Shown here: in pieces, positions 1 to 8,620 of the stretch
How the letters are laid out: every line of letters begins with the position of its first letter
Numbering within the stretch: the first letter of the stretch is position 1
Source: Asterias rubens
Lineage: Eukaryota
DNA length: 64,000 nucleotides
NCBI RefSeq assembly: GCF_902459465.1
Contig: NC_047067.1
Location: 17,856,001 to 17,920,000, forward strand
Reading direction: 5' to 3'
Program-made: the position numbers and the translations under genes
The notes under the pieces: generated by a model
Databases searched by the model: none
What the model saw: the letters and a program-made list of their open reading frames with translations, nothing else
Told to the model about the DNA's origin: nothing

Positions 1-312
1 TTTAAGTTTCAGTCTTTGAGTTGAGTTGTTTGGGCTCGTACAAGCCCAAGTGAGATTGTAATATATAATTGCCAGTCATGTTTTTGTAATTTTGAATCTG
101 AATGGCCATCACTTCATACTTGTCAATGTCCCCATCCCTTTGACCATCAGTTGATCAAATGATTGTTTTTTTCTGTCAGTCATTGGCTCTATCTGGCAAT
201 CGGCAGCTCGTCGTGGCAGCTTCGCTGTTCTCATTGTCATATGTGTTTTTCTCTTCCAGTTGTCCTGCTTTACTGTGTGTGGGACAGCATGCTTCTGAGC
301 AACAGTGATTTA

Positions 313-526
313 AGTGCTATTCACACGACAGCAATTTAACTGGGGTCCCTTGCTTAATTTTAGCATGGTTGTAAAATGTAGCAATATTGACACCATTTTT
401 GCAAGAGAACTTGGACAGTAGAACAAATTGTTGTCCTTTCTCACGAGGTACATTTTGTTAAATGTTACAACCATGCTACAATTTAGCGAGGGACCCTTGC
501 TAAATTTCTCTCATGTGAAAGGGGCT
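313..526. mobile_element. Harbinger-type MITE (TTA TSD), family H-TTA
   Basis: tta|AGTGCTATTCACAC...GTGAAAGGGGCT|tta; imperfect TIRs; reverse-complement copy at 6716-6928. Confidence 0.8.
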
Positions 527-1306
527 TTAGTTTACTTAAGTTGTCCCTTACCCACATAATTCACATGTGTTGTATTATTTTATCCTTTTGTTTTGTGTTT
601 TTCTTGAGTTCCTCCCCAGATTAAATTCTTGTACTTGATTGCTCCCCTCATACACTCATTGTTCATTGTTCTAGCTGCCCTCGTGTCATCATATTTCTTG
701 TATTTTGCTGTTCAGCCTGTTTAAGGGCTGGGCCTGTAATTCATTTTGCTTTGTTGTATCTCTCTTGGTTTTAAAGCTCTTCATTTTGCCTTGTAACGTG
801 ATATATATTTCTTTACTTTTTTTGTTGAGGTCAAATAATAATTTTTATTACAATAATACTGCCATTTTTAAACGCAGTCCTTTGAGGACTGTCATGTGTT
901 TGTGGGTCAACCAAACTTAAATTTATATGAACTGATTTGAAAATATTTGTATTGATTTGAATTGTATATGCATCTGATTGTCATAATTTAAAATGTTCAT
1001 TATTTTATTGTCTGCCTTTTGAAATGAATGTTTGCTGTTTTTGTTTTGATAATTTTAGATTCATGCTAAGGTTGTCTCAAAATTTTACTTGTTGATATTT
1101 GATTTGATTTAAGTGGTGTACTTTAATTCTGATTTGACATACATGTACCCAGTAAATGTATTTTTTATTTATTTGTGCATTTATATGTTTGTGTGCTAAG
1201 CGGCTTGAGTAGATACGCTATATAAGACTTCGATATTATTATATTAATGTTAGATGATCAGTTATTTTAAATCATGAGAATTTGGACAGACTTAACATAG
1301 ATTCAT

Positions 1307-1708
1307 GTTAAATAATAAATGATTACCAACAGTAATAGCAGGCCTAGAACAGTAAATTTCAGTAAATGCCTCTCCTGAATTTCTCTGCTAAAAGAAAATT
1401 GTTGATAGATAGAGTAACAATTTTTTCTTGATTGGTTAAGGTATGTTAAATAATAAATTTTCATTTAAAAGTAGTATCAGGCCTATCACAGTAAGTTTCT
1501 TCAGTAAATGCCTCTCCTGAATTTCCCTGCCAAAAGAAAATTGTTGATAGGTAGAGTAACAGTTTTTTCTTGATTGGTTAAAGTACCCTGTTAAATAACA
1601 AATGTTCACTTACAGTAATATCAGGCCTAACAGTAAATATCTCTCCTGAACTTCTCAGGTTAAAAAAAAATCATTTAAAGGTAGAGTAGGAAGTTATTAT
1701 TGATTGGC
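1307..1708. repeat. Three diverged tandem copies of a ~140-bp unit
   Basis: Units start GTTAAATAA(T/C)AAAT at 1307, 1445 and 1590, each with CAGGCCTA, CTCTCCTGAA and TTGATTGG. Confidence 0.85.
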
Positions 1709-1754
1709 TTTTCTGTGATTAATAGTAATATTTGATTATACTTGATGTTTTCAG

Positions 1755-1835
1755 GAGCACCAGGAGTAGGTAGAAATGAACTCAAGAGAAGAGTAATCGC
1801 AACCAACCCTGAACATTATCAACCAGCCATTCCTC
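1755..1835 (+). CDS. MPP7: MAGUK p55 family (MPP3/4/7-like) internal exon, start of GK domain
   Basis: ttcag|GA GCA CCA GGA GTA GGT...ATT CCT C|gtaag; (G)APGVGRNELKRRVIATNPEHYQPAIP(H) resembles the MAGUK GK start GPVGVGLNELKRKLL...TVPH; 81 nt, phase 1-1. Upstream exons are outside the window. Paralogue assignment (MPP7 vs MPP5/PALS1) is from recalled similarity only. Confidence 0.85.
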
Positions 1836-1879
1836 GTAAGTAAAACATGTAGGCTTTATTCACAAGATTGTAGACTTAA

Positions 1880-2245
1880 AGACACTGGACACTATTGGTA
1901 ATTGTCCAAATTGGTAATATGCACAAAATAACAAACCTGTGAAAATTTGAACTCAATCGGTCGTTGAAGTTGCCAGATAATATTGGAAGAAAAAACACCC
2001 TTGTCACACAGTTGTGTGCTTCCAGATGCTTGATTTCGGGACCTAAAAATCTAATTCTGAGGTCTCAAATTCAAATTCAAATATTTCAGTGGAAAATTAC
2101 TTCTTTTTCAAAGACTATGTTACTTCAGAGTAAGCCGTTTCTCAAAATGTTTTATACTATCAACATGATCAACAGATCTCCATTGGTAGTTAAAAGTAAG
2201 TTTTAATGCTTTATTTTGAGTAATTACCAATAGTGTCCAGTTCCT
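1880..2245 (+). mobile_element. Kolobok-type MITE family K-A
   Basis: ttaa|AGACACTGGACACTATTGGTAATT...AATTACCAATAGTGTCCAGTTCCT; TTAA target plus AG...CT termini fit Kolobok rather than piggyBac (CCY termini). Confidence 0.85.
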
Positions 2246-2327
2246 TTTAGTGAAACCATGTTTTAGGGGTCTATAGTAGAAAATGTTTACTGATCCTTTC
2301 TCGATGGTGATGTTTCTTTATTGACAG

Positions 2328-2530
2328 ATACCTCAAGACCTAAGAAATGGGCAGAGGAAGATGGTAAAGAGTATTACTACATTGAGAGGTCGCTGATGGA
2401 GGAGGCTATTACAGGAAACCAATTCCTGGAGTATGGAGAATACAAAGGCAATCTGTACGGCACCAGCATTGAGACCATTAAGAGGGTATCTAAAGCTGGT
2501 AAACTCTGTATAGTCAACGTACACCCACAG
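2328..2530 (+). CDS. MPP7: MAGUK p55 family exon (GK domain)
   Basis: gacag|AT ACC TCA AGA...CAC CCA CAG|gtaaac; (H)TSRPKKWAEEDGKEYYYIERSLMEEAITGNQFLEYGEYKGNLYGTSIETIKRVSKAGKLCIVNVHPQ, with the diagnostic FLEYGEYKGNLYGTS motif; phase matches the previous exon. Confidence 0.92.
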
Positions 2531-2540
2531 GTAAACTATA

Positions 2541-2898
2541 ATAATAATATTTGGTTTTGATATACCGCTTTATACACCATGTCTCAAAGCGCTTCCAACA
2601 TTATTACCCTGATCACTGGGGCATTTCATTCCTTAAACCATCTCAGCTCCCTGGAGAGTATACAGCCTGTGCCGCCAAATAATATGTACATTTGTTGTAG
2701 CGCACTAAGCTAAACCAACCACAAGTACTATCTCTGCCCTCACAGGTACCCATTTACCCCCGGGTGGAGAGAAGCAATTATAGTGAAGTGTCTTGCTCAG
2801 GGACACAAGTGTCACGACGGGGATTCGAACCCACACTCTGCTGAACACAAACACCAGAGTTTGCATCGGTGTTCTTATCCGCTCGGTCACGCTACCCC
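2541..2898 (-). mobile_element. Full-length tRNA-Leu-derived SINE with CORE/Meta-like central domain and (TAT)n tail
   Basis: Minus strand: GTGACCGAGCGG (A box)...GGGTTCGAATCCC (B box), then GTGTCCCTGAGCAAGACACTT...CCACCCGGGGGTAAATGGGTACC; tail AAAGCGGTATATCAAAACCAAATATTATTATTA. Confidence 0.8.
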
Positions 2899-2916
2899 AT
2901 AATCAGGGATGGTCAG

Positions 2917-3148
2917 GGGCAATCTCATGGCTCTGCTTACTGCCGACTTATGCACTGACCATCACCATTCCCCGGTTACGTGTAAGCGTGTAATTTCCAC
3001 GCTAGCTGTGTAACGTAGAATGCCTAGTAATGTGGTGCACGCACACACACAAGCCAACCTGTAAAATATGCTTGATGTGGTGCGGAATTCCCTGCTTCCG
3101 TAAGCGCTGATTCTTTGCTTACGGTTAGTAGAGCCATGAAATTGGGCC
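2917..3148. mobile_element. Harbinger-type MITE, CWG TSD
   Basis: cag|GGGCAATCTCATGGCTCTGCTTAC...GTTAGTAGAGCCATGAAATTGGGCC|cag. Confidence 0.8.
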
Positions 3149-3261
3149 CAGGTCTTTTTGAAACAATGTCTTCAGTTCTGGCTCAGGGTTGGGCTCGGCT
3201 AAGGCTTAGGCTTAGGATTAGTCTGAAATCATGCACTGTTGTTCAGAGGGCTTCAAACAGA

Positions 3262-3491
3262 GGGGTGTCGTGGCCAAGCGGATACGAGCACCGAACTCAA
3301 GCTCTGGTGCTTCTGTTCAGCAGAGTGTGGGTTCGAATCCCAGGCCATGACACTAGTGTCCCTGAGCAAGACACTTAAGTATAATTGCTTCTCACCACCC
3401 AGGGGTAAATTAAATGGGTACCTGTGATGAGGGCAGAGGTGGTTCGTGTGATTGGTTTAGCGGAGTAGTGCATATTAATGTTGCACAGGCT
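3262..3491 (+). mobile_element. tRNA-Leu-derived SINE, 3'-truncated
   Basis: GTCGTGGCCAAGCGG...CCGAACTCAAGCTCTGG (resembles the tRNA-Leu(CAA) anticodon arm)...GGGTTCGAATCCC, same core as 2541-2898. Confidence 0.8.
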
Positions 3492-3662
3492 GTCTCAAAT
3501 TCAATTCAAATATTTTAGTGAGAAATAACTTCTTTCTCAAAAACTATGTTACTGCAGAGGGAGCCGTTTCTCAAACTGTTTTATACTATCAACAGCGCTT
3601 CATTGCTCGTTATTATTTTAACCATTATTTGGAGTAATAGTAACCAATAGTGTCCAGTGCCT
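3492..3662 (+). mobile_element. K-A MITE right half (starts at the internal hairpin)
   Basis: Begins GTCTCAAATTC, ends CCAATAGTGTCCAGTGCCT|ataa. Confidence 0.8.
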
Positions 3663-3699
3663 ATAAAACCAAACCTTATCTTTATAACCCATCCTCTAG

Positions 3700-3840
3700 G
3701 CCCTGAAGGTTCTTCGTGAGAGCGGTTTGAAGCCATTTGTGATCTACGTCAAACCACCACCCCTCGATGTCTTGAGAGAGACGAGAAAGGTGCAGAAACC
3801 CAAGCTAGGCATGGACAAGAATGCCAACAGACTGTTCAGC
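3700..3840 (+). CDS. MPP7: MAGUK p55 family exon (GK domain), symmetric phase 0-0
   Basis: tctag|GCC CTG AAG...CTG TTC AGC|gtgagt; ALKVLRESGLKPFVIYVKPPPLDVLRETRKVQKPKLGMDKNANRLFS; LRETRK and the insert length resemble MPP7 rather than PALS1. Confidence 0.9.
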
Positions 3841-3960
3841 GTGAGTATTTGGACTGAAATAATATACTGCTTTCACAAACTTCTTCCAGGAGTTGAAAAT
3901 GACCCTCATACTGTGAAGTCAGATGTTCAGGCTAGCTCTGGGCATACATCTTTAACTTAA

Positions 3961-4164
3961 AGACAGTGGACACTATTGGTAATTGTCAAAGACCAGTCTT
4001 GTCACTTGGTGTATCTCAACATATGCATGAAATAACAAACCTGTGAAAATTTGAGCTTGATGGTCGTCGGGAGTTGCGAGATAACTATGAAAGAAAAAAC
4101 ATCCTTGTCTTGTCACACGAAGTTGTGTGCTTTCAGATGCTTGATTTCGCGACCTCAAATTCTA
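3961..4164 (+). mobile_element. K-A MITE left half (ends at the internal hairpin)
   Basis: ttaa|AGACAGTGGACAC...GATTTCGCGACCTCAAATTCTA. Confidence 0.8.
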
Positions 4165-4312
4165 GGATTTTAGTGGATTTGGCGCTATATAAATGTTTTT
4201 TGTTTTTATTTATTATCTGAGAACAATGGATTTACCTGCTAAGTCTGCTGCCACCTAGTGTTCTCGAAAGTCTTGCAGAATCATTCAAATTTCTGTATTT
4301 TGTCTCTTTCAG

Positions 4313-4489
4313 GAAGAGGAAATGGTTGACATGATTCAAATAGGCATGCGCATCGAGTCCAACTACAAGAACTACTTTGACGCGGTCATCGTCAACGACC
4401 AACTTCCAAGATCATATAATGAGCTGATTAGTATCGCTAGAAAGCTAGAAGTGGAGCCTCAATGGGTACCCAGTTCGTGGATGAGGTAG
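4313..4489 (+). CDS. MPP7: MAGUK p55 family terminal coding exon
   Basis: tttcag|GAA GAG GAA ATG...TGG ATG AGG TAG; EEEMVDMIQIGMRIESNYKNYFDAVIVNDQLPRSYNELISIARKLEVEPQWVPSSWMR*, the typical MAGUK C-terminus (QWVPxSW). Confidence 0.92.
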   Translation, partial: EEEMVDMIQIGMRIESNYKNYFDAVIVNDQLPRSYNELISIARKLEVEPQWVPSSWMR

Positions 4490-4676
4490 AATACGCCCAG
4501 TACCCAGAGGGTTTGTACCCAAGAAATAACCAGTTGGTTGCCAACAGTAAAGTAGCAAAACTTTTCCATTGCTACAATCGCCTTCCAAGATAGCTCTACG
4601 ACAGATGGAGAGATAGAGGTTGCGTCTTAATGGGCACTGAGCTTAATGTACAACAAGTACAATGAGGTACGGTACG

Positions 4677-4852
4677 CCCAGTAAACACCCAGTAAACACC
4701 CAGTAAACACCCAGTAAACAACCAGTGAACACTCAGTGAACGCCCAGTAAACGCCCAGTAAACACCCAGTAAACACCCAGTAAACACCCAGTAAACAACC
4801 AGTGAACACCCAGTGAACACCCAGTAAACGGCCAGTAAACACCCAGTACACC
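4677..4852. repeat. 11-bp minisatellite (CCCAGTAAACA) x16 with a 77-bp higher-order duplication
   Basis: Units counted directly; the variant pattern of units 1-7 recurs in units 8-14. Confidence 0.95.
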
Positions 4853-4951
4853 CTGTACCCAGGATGGGTGCAGGAAACATTCCAATTTGTTTCCATTGGG
4901 GTTTTGATGTTGCATTTAGGAAGCACATTTTATGGGTATTTGCTGATGATA

Positions 4952-5419
4952 GGGTATGTTCAGACAGCGTTCTAAGTTAGACCTGAACCGGTTTATCTTT
5001 TACGAGCAGCAGGGGGTGATCGTAAAAATAAAACCCCTTTGCGTTCAGACAGCACTGAGTTAAACCCGATCCGGTTTATCTTTGGTTTTAAGAGGTCAAA
5101 GAAAACGTGACCCCGTTACTCTAACATCCTGTTTATTGTCCTGTTCATTGGTCACCGTGTGTTTACGTAATGATTACGGAGGTCAATGGGTCGCCTGTTG
5201 TGAGTTAAACCGGATGTGGTCTTTTTTATTCTGTCCACACACAGTGTTAAAAGATAAACCCGAAGCGGTCTAAAGATAAACTCTCTCCCTGGACGGTTTA
5301 TCTTTTGTGGGTTGAACTCAACTCGGACTAACTTTTGAACCGTTCAGACACACAGAGTGGAACTCGATCGAGTTGAACCATGAGTTAAACCAACTTTAGT
5401 ACCGTGTCTGAACGCACCC
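4952..5419. mobile_element. Harbinger-like MITE with internal GGTTTATCTT/AAGATAAAC repeats
   Basis: ata|GGGTATGTTCAGACAGC...CGTGTCTGAACGCACCC|ata. Confidence 0.75.
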
Positions 5420-6715
5420 ATAGTCTTGCCAGAAAGATACATGTAGCACAAAGCATCTACCCATTGCATGGATCAAGTAGAAAAATCCTTAACTCAACAG
5501 TTTTCAAATGCCAAAGGGTGCTATTTTTTCCATGTGTTGCTTCCATTACCGTACATTTTGTTTAACAAAAAATAATACAACAAATTCAGATAAGCATAAG
5601 AAACACAGTTTGCACACAAAATAACCTTGATGAATTTGACACACAAAAAATAGCAATAGTGGCTGCACCAAGTTAAGAGTTCTTTATAAAAAATAAATGA
5701 GGCTGTCCATCTAGTAATTTTGTTTGGAAGTACAGCGCCCTCTGTCGTCCAAATTGTGCTATTCACATTCCACTCCATTGCTCACTTGCACCTCTGAAAA
5801 CTCTGAAAAAATATATTTTAAATTGTTGACCAATATTTTTAAGGTAGATGGTTGCAAACCTTTCACACAGAAACTTCCATAGAGGCGAACCTTATTATTA
5901 TAATTTGTTTCCTAACATGTTTCTGTTTTTAATATGTTGTTAGTGTTTCTGTAAGTGCTAAGCAGTTTTCGCTACCTTGATCCATAGCTCGATGGAACTT
6001 AAAATTGGGGACTTTTAGAAACTAGCTGTGGTGGCAGTTGCCAGGAATGCTCTTTATTAAAGATGAGGGTGCTCTCAAGATTATTTTTATAACTTCAGGG
6101 GGTATTCGCGACTCGTCCTGCACAGATTTAATATGTATTCTGTCACTTTTGTTGCGCCGTAGTTTTAAGTTGCTTCAGAGCTAGATTATAACGGCTCCTT
6201 ATTGTCTTAGTCTTATTGTCTGTGATGGATTTGAATGTCTGTGATGGCAATGTGTTCCAGTCTTAAAAAACTGTTTTGGGTATGAATGAATATACCCCGT
6301 AAGTGATACAGATGTGTTTGAGAGCGCCCTCACACAGTAAAATACGGCACATTGAAATTAAAGATGGACAGCTTGTTTGTTTGTTTGGCTTCCTACTGCA
6401 AGTGCGTCTGCTGCCACCTAGTGTCTGTAGGTCTCCCATTGTGTTAAGTTAAGGGATAAGTTCTTCCCTAAGAAAGTTTTAAGTCTATTTAACGAGAATT
6501 TATTGTAATTAATAACAGAGTGTAAATATTGTTTCAAATATATAATGTGCATTAGTTTTTGGGGTAATTTTGGTTTCCTTCAGATCGGCTATTGCAATCT
6601 TGGCTGATTGTCACGACTCTGCTAGCCCTGTTACTCTGCACTTATGGTGGCAGAAAAACTCACGTTTAGCGAAGGTGGATTTCACATATTAGCAAGGAAT
6701 TTTGGTGTTTTATTA

Positions 6716-6928
6716 AGCCCCTTTCACATGAGAGAAATTTAGCAAGGGTCCCTTGCTAAATTGTAGCACGGTTGTAACATTTAACAAAATGTACCTCGGT
6801 GAAAGGACAACAATTTGTTCTACTGTCCAAGTTCTCTTGCAAAATCTTGTCAAACATTGGTACATTTTACAACCATGCTAAAATTAAGCAAGGGAGCCTA
6901 GTTAAATTGCCGTCGTGTGAATAGCACT
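6716..6928. mobile_element. Harbinger-type MITE (TTA TSD), family H-TTA, inverted relative to 313-526
   Basis: tta|AGCCCCTTTCACATG...GTGTGAATAGCACT|tta. Confidence 0.8.
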
Positions 6929-6980
6929 TTACATACCATTCTAAGCTTACACAGCTTGTGAGATATTGATACTAACCCTG

Positions 6981-7224
6981 GGCCCAATTTCATAGAGCTG
7001 CTTAAGCACAAATCTTTGCTTAAGCAAAAAAGATCATTGCTTAGTAAAATCAGATTACCGGCCAAGACTCCACTCAATTGTTATGCTAAGTAAACAACAG
7101 CTAAATACTGGTCACAAGCAATGTATATGACATGACACTTTGGCCAGTGAACATGTGTAAAATAAGAAAGCTATTTTCGTGCTTGAGCAAATTTTTTGCT
7201 TAAGCAGCTCTATGAAATTGGCCC
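6981..7224. mobile_element. Harbinger-type MITE, CWG-type target (GGCCCAATTTCATAGAGCTGCTTAAGCA TIR)
   Basis: ctg|GGCCCAATTTCATAGAGCTGCTTAAGCA...TGCTTAAGCAGCTCTATGAAATTGGCCC|cta; same family at 61189-61596. Confidence 0.85.
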
Positions 7225-7932
7225 CTAGTGGAGACAGTAAGCGCAGAAATCAGCGGTAAGCGGATTCGTGACATTAGTTCAAGTGTATTTCAGTCATTTG
7301 CCTTCTTTAAGAAGTGTTTATGATTCGTGGGTCTTCAAAAAGACAATCTGAGTTTGTATAAAGTGTTACGAAATTATTATGGAATAATACTTTCAGAGTA
7401 GTGTTTTATGGCTGGTAGATGTTGGGAAATGGGGCGTTTCTAAATTTAAAACCATTTGTTTCTTTTAAAGATGTAAATATTGTTAACCAAGACATATGAG
7501 TTTTAATGTTGGATTAATATATAAAGTAAAGAGGGGCAGATTTATAAGTGTATCTTTATATTGAAAAGTAAACCAGGCAATTTCAGTCACCTTTGACCTT
7601 TGGTGTTCATTATACACGGTCAGTAAAATATATAATTTTTTGGTCAATTATTAAATTGCTTGTCTTTGATTTTGCTTTGTTGTATGTTCAAACTTGCCAA
7701 CATTTTAATTTAATTTCACAGCGTGATTTGGTTCAATTTCTGTGACATCTTGTTTATTTTTCATAAAAGTTATCAAATTTTAAAACTGTTGCTTTTGACT
7801 CTCCGTTTGATTATTTAAGTTAATCTTTACGTTTCTTCAAATTTTATTTTAATTTATCTAGAATTTGTGCTTTTATATTTCTAGTGGTAAAGACATTGTT
7901 ACCAACTGCCATTCTTTGTGTCATGTTAAATG

Positions 7933-7938
7933 AATAAA
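7933..7938 (+). promoter_or_regulatory. Candidate polyadenylation signal of the MAGUK gene
   Basis: AATAAA at the end of a long T-rich stretch (about 7620-7930); would imply a 3' UTR of about 3.4 kb. Inference only. Confidence 0.35.
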
Positions 7939-8339
7939 GTATAGGCTATGCCATACCATGACCATTTTTTTAATCAGTAACTTTTTGAATCAGTAACTCT
8001 CGCCCCCATAAATAGAGAGACCGGCTTTTACGGGACTTTCTTTCTTTGGCTCAATGCTGCAGGCTTTGCCTGGTCGTGGTTTTCCTCTTGGTTTTTGTAT
8101 TCATTCCCATTGTTGTTGTCGTTTCTTGTCAATCTCTGAACGCTTTGCAACCTTGGGAAAAGGTGCTATATAAATGGTGTTATTATTATTTGTCCTCCTT
8201 GCCTCGGTTTGGTTGCATTGATGTGAATGGGAAAAACAAAATGGCTGCTCTGTGATTGAGGTGTACTGCTTTTAACCCAAATCACCCCAACCCTTCAAAA
8301 CCCATGTTTCATTTGATGATGTTAGGCTGAAGACAGCAC

Positions 8340-8620
8340 TGGTAAACTGATAAATGCCAGTTTACAAATGGTGTTGGATTTTGTTTGTTATAGCGAAACG
8401 ATCCTAGCAAATCGCTTAAAGTGATTGTGGTTGTTAGCTCTCGGTTTTTAATAGAAATGAAAGGATATTTGGACTGGAAACAACATTAGTAAACTGATAA
8501 TGCCAGTTTAGAAATGTTTTTTTTTTTTTTCTTTTTTTTCTTTTGTAGAGTGGAAGGGTCCCAGCAAATCACTTAAGGGAATTGTGATTGGTAGCCCTCA
8601 GTATTGGGAAATGAAACTGG
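8340..8620. repeat. Diverged tandem duplication, ~150-bp unit
   Basis: GTAAACTGATAA(A)TGCCAGTTTA and CAGCAAATC(G/A)CTTAA each occur twice about 150 bp apart. Confidence 0.65.

Noticed and set aside
3262-3345. Intact tRNA-Leu gene (also tRNA-like segments at ~41320-41385 and ~55010-55085)
   Set aside because: No closable acceptor stem; each continues into a SINE core or repeat body and is multicopy.
4596-4928. ORFs of 110, 99 and 60 aa on the minus strand (VYWVFTGCLLG repeats)
   Set aside because: They are the translation of the stop-free 11-bp minisatellite.
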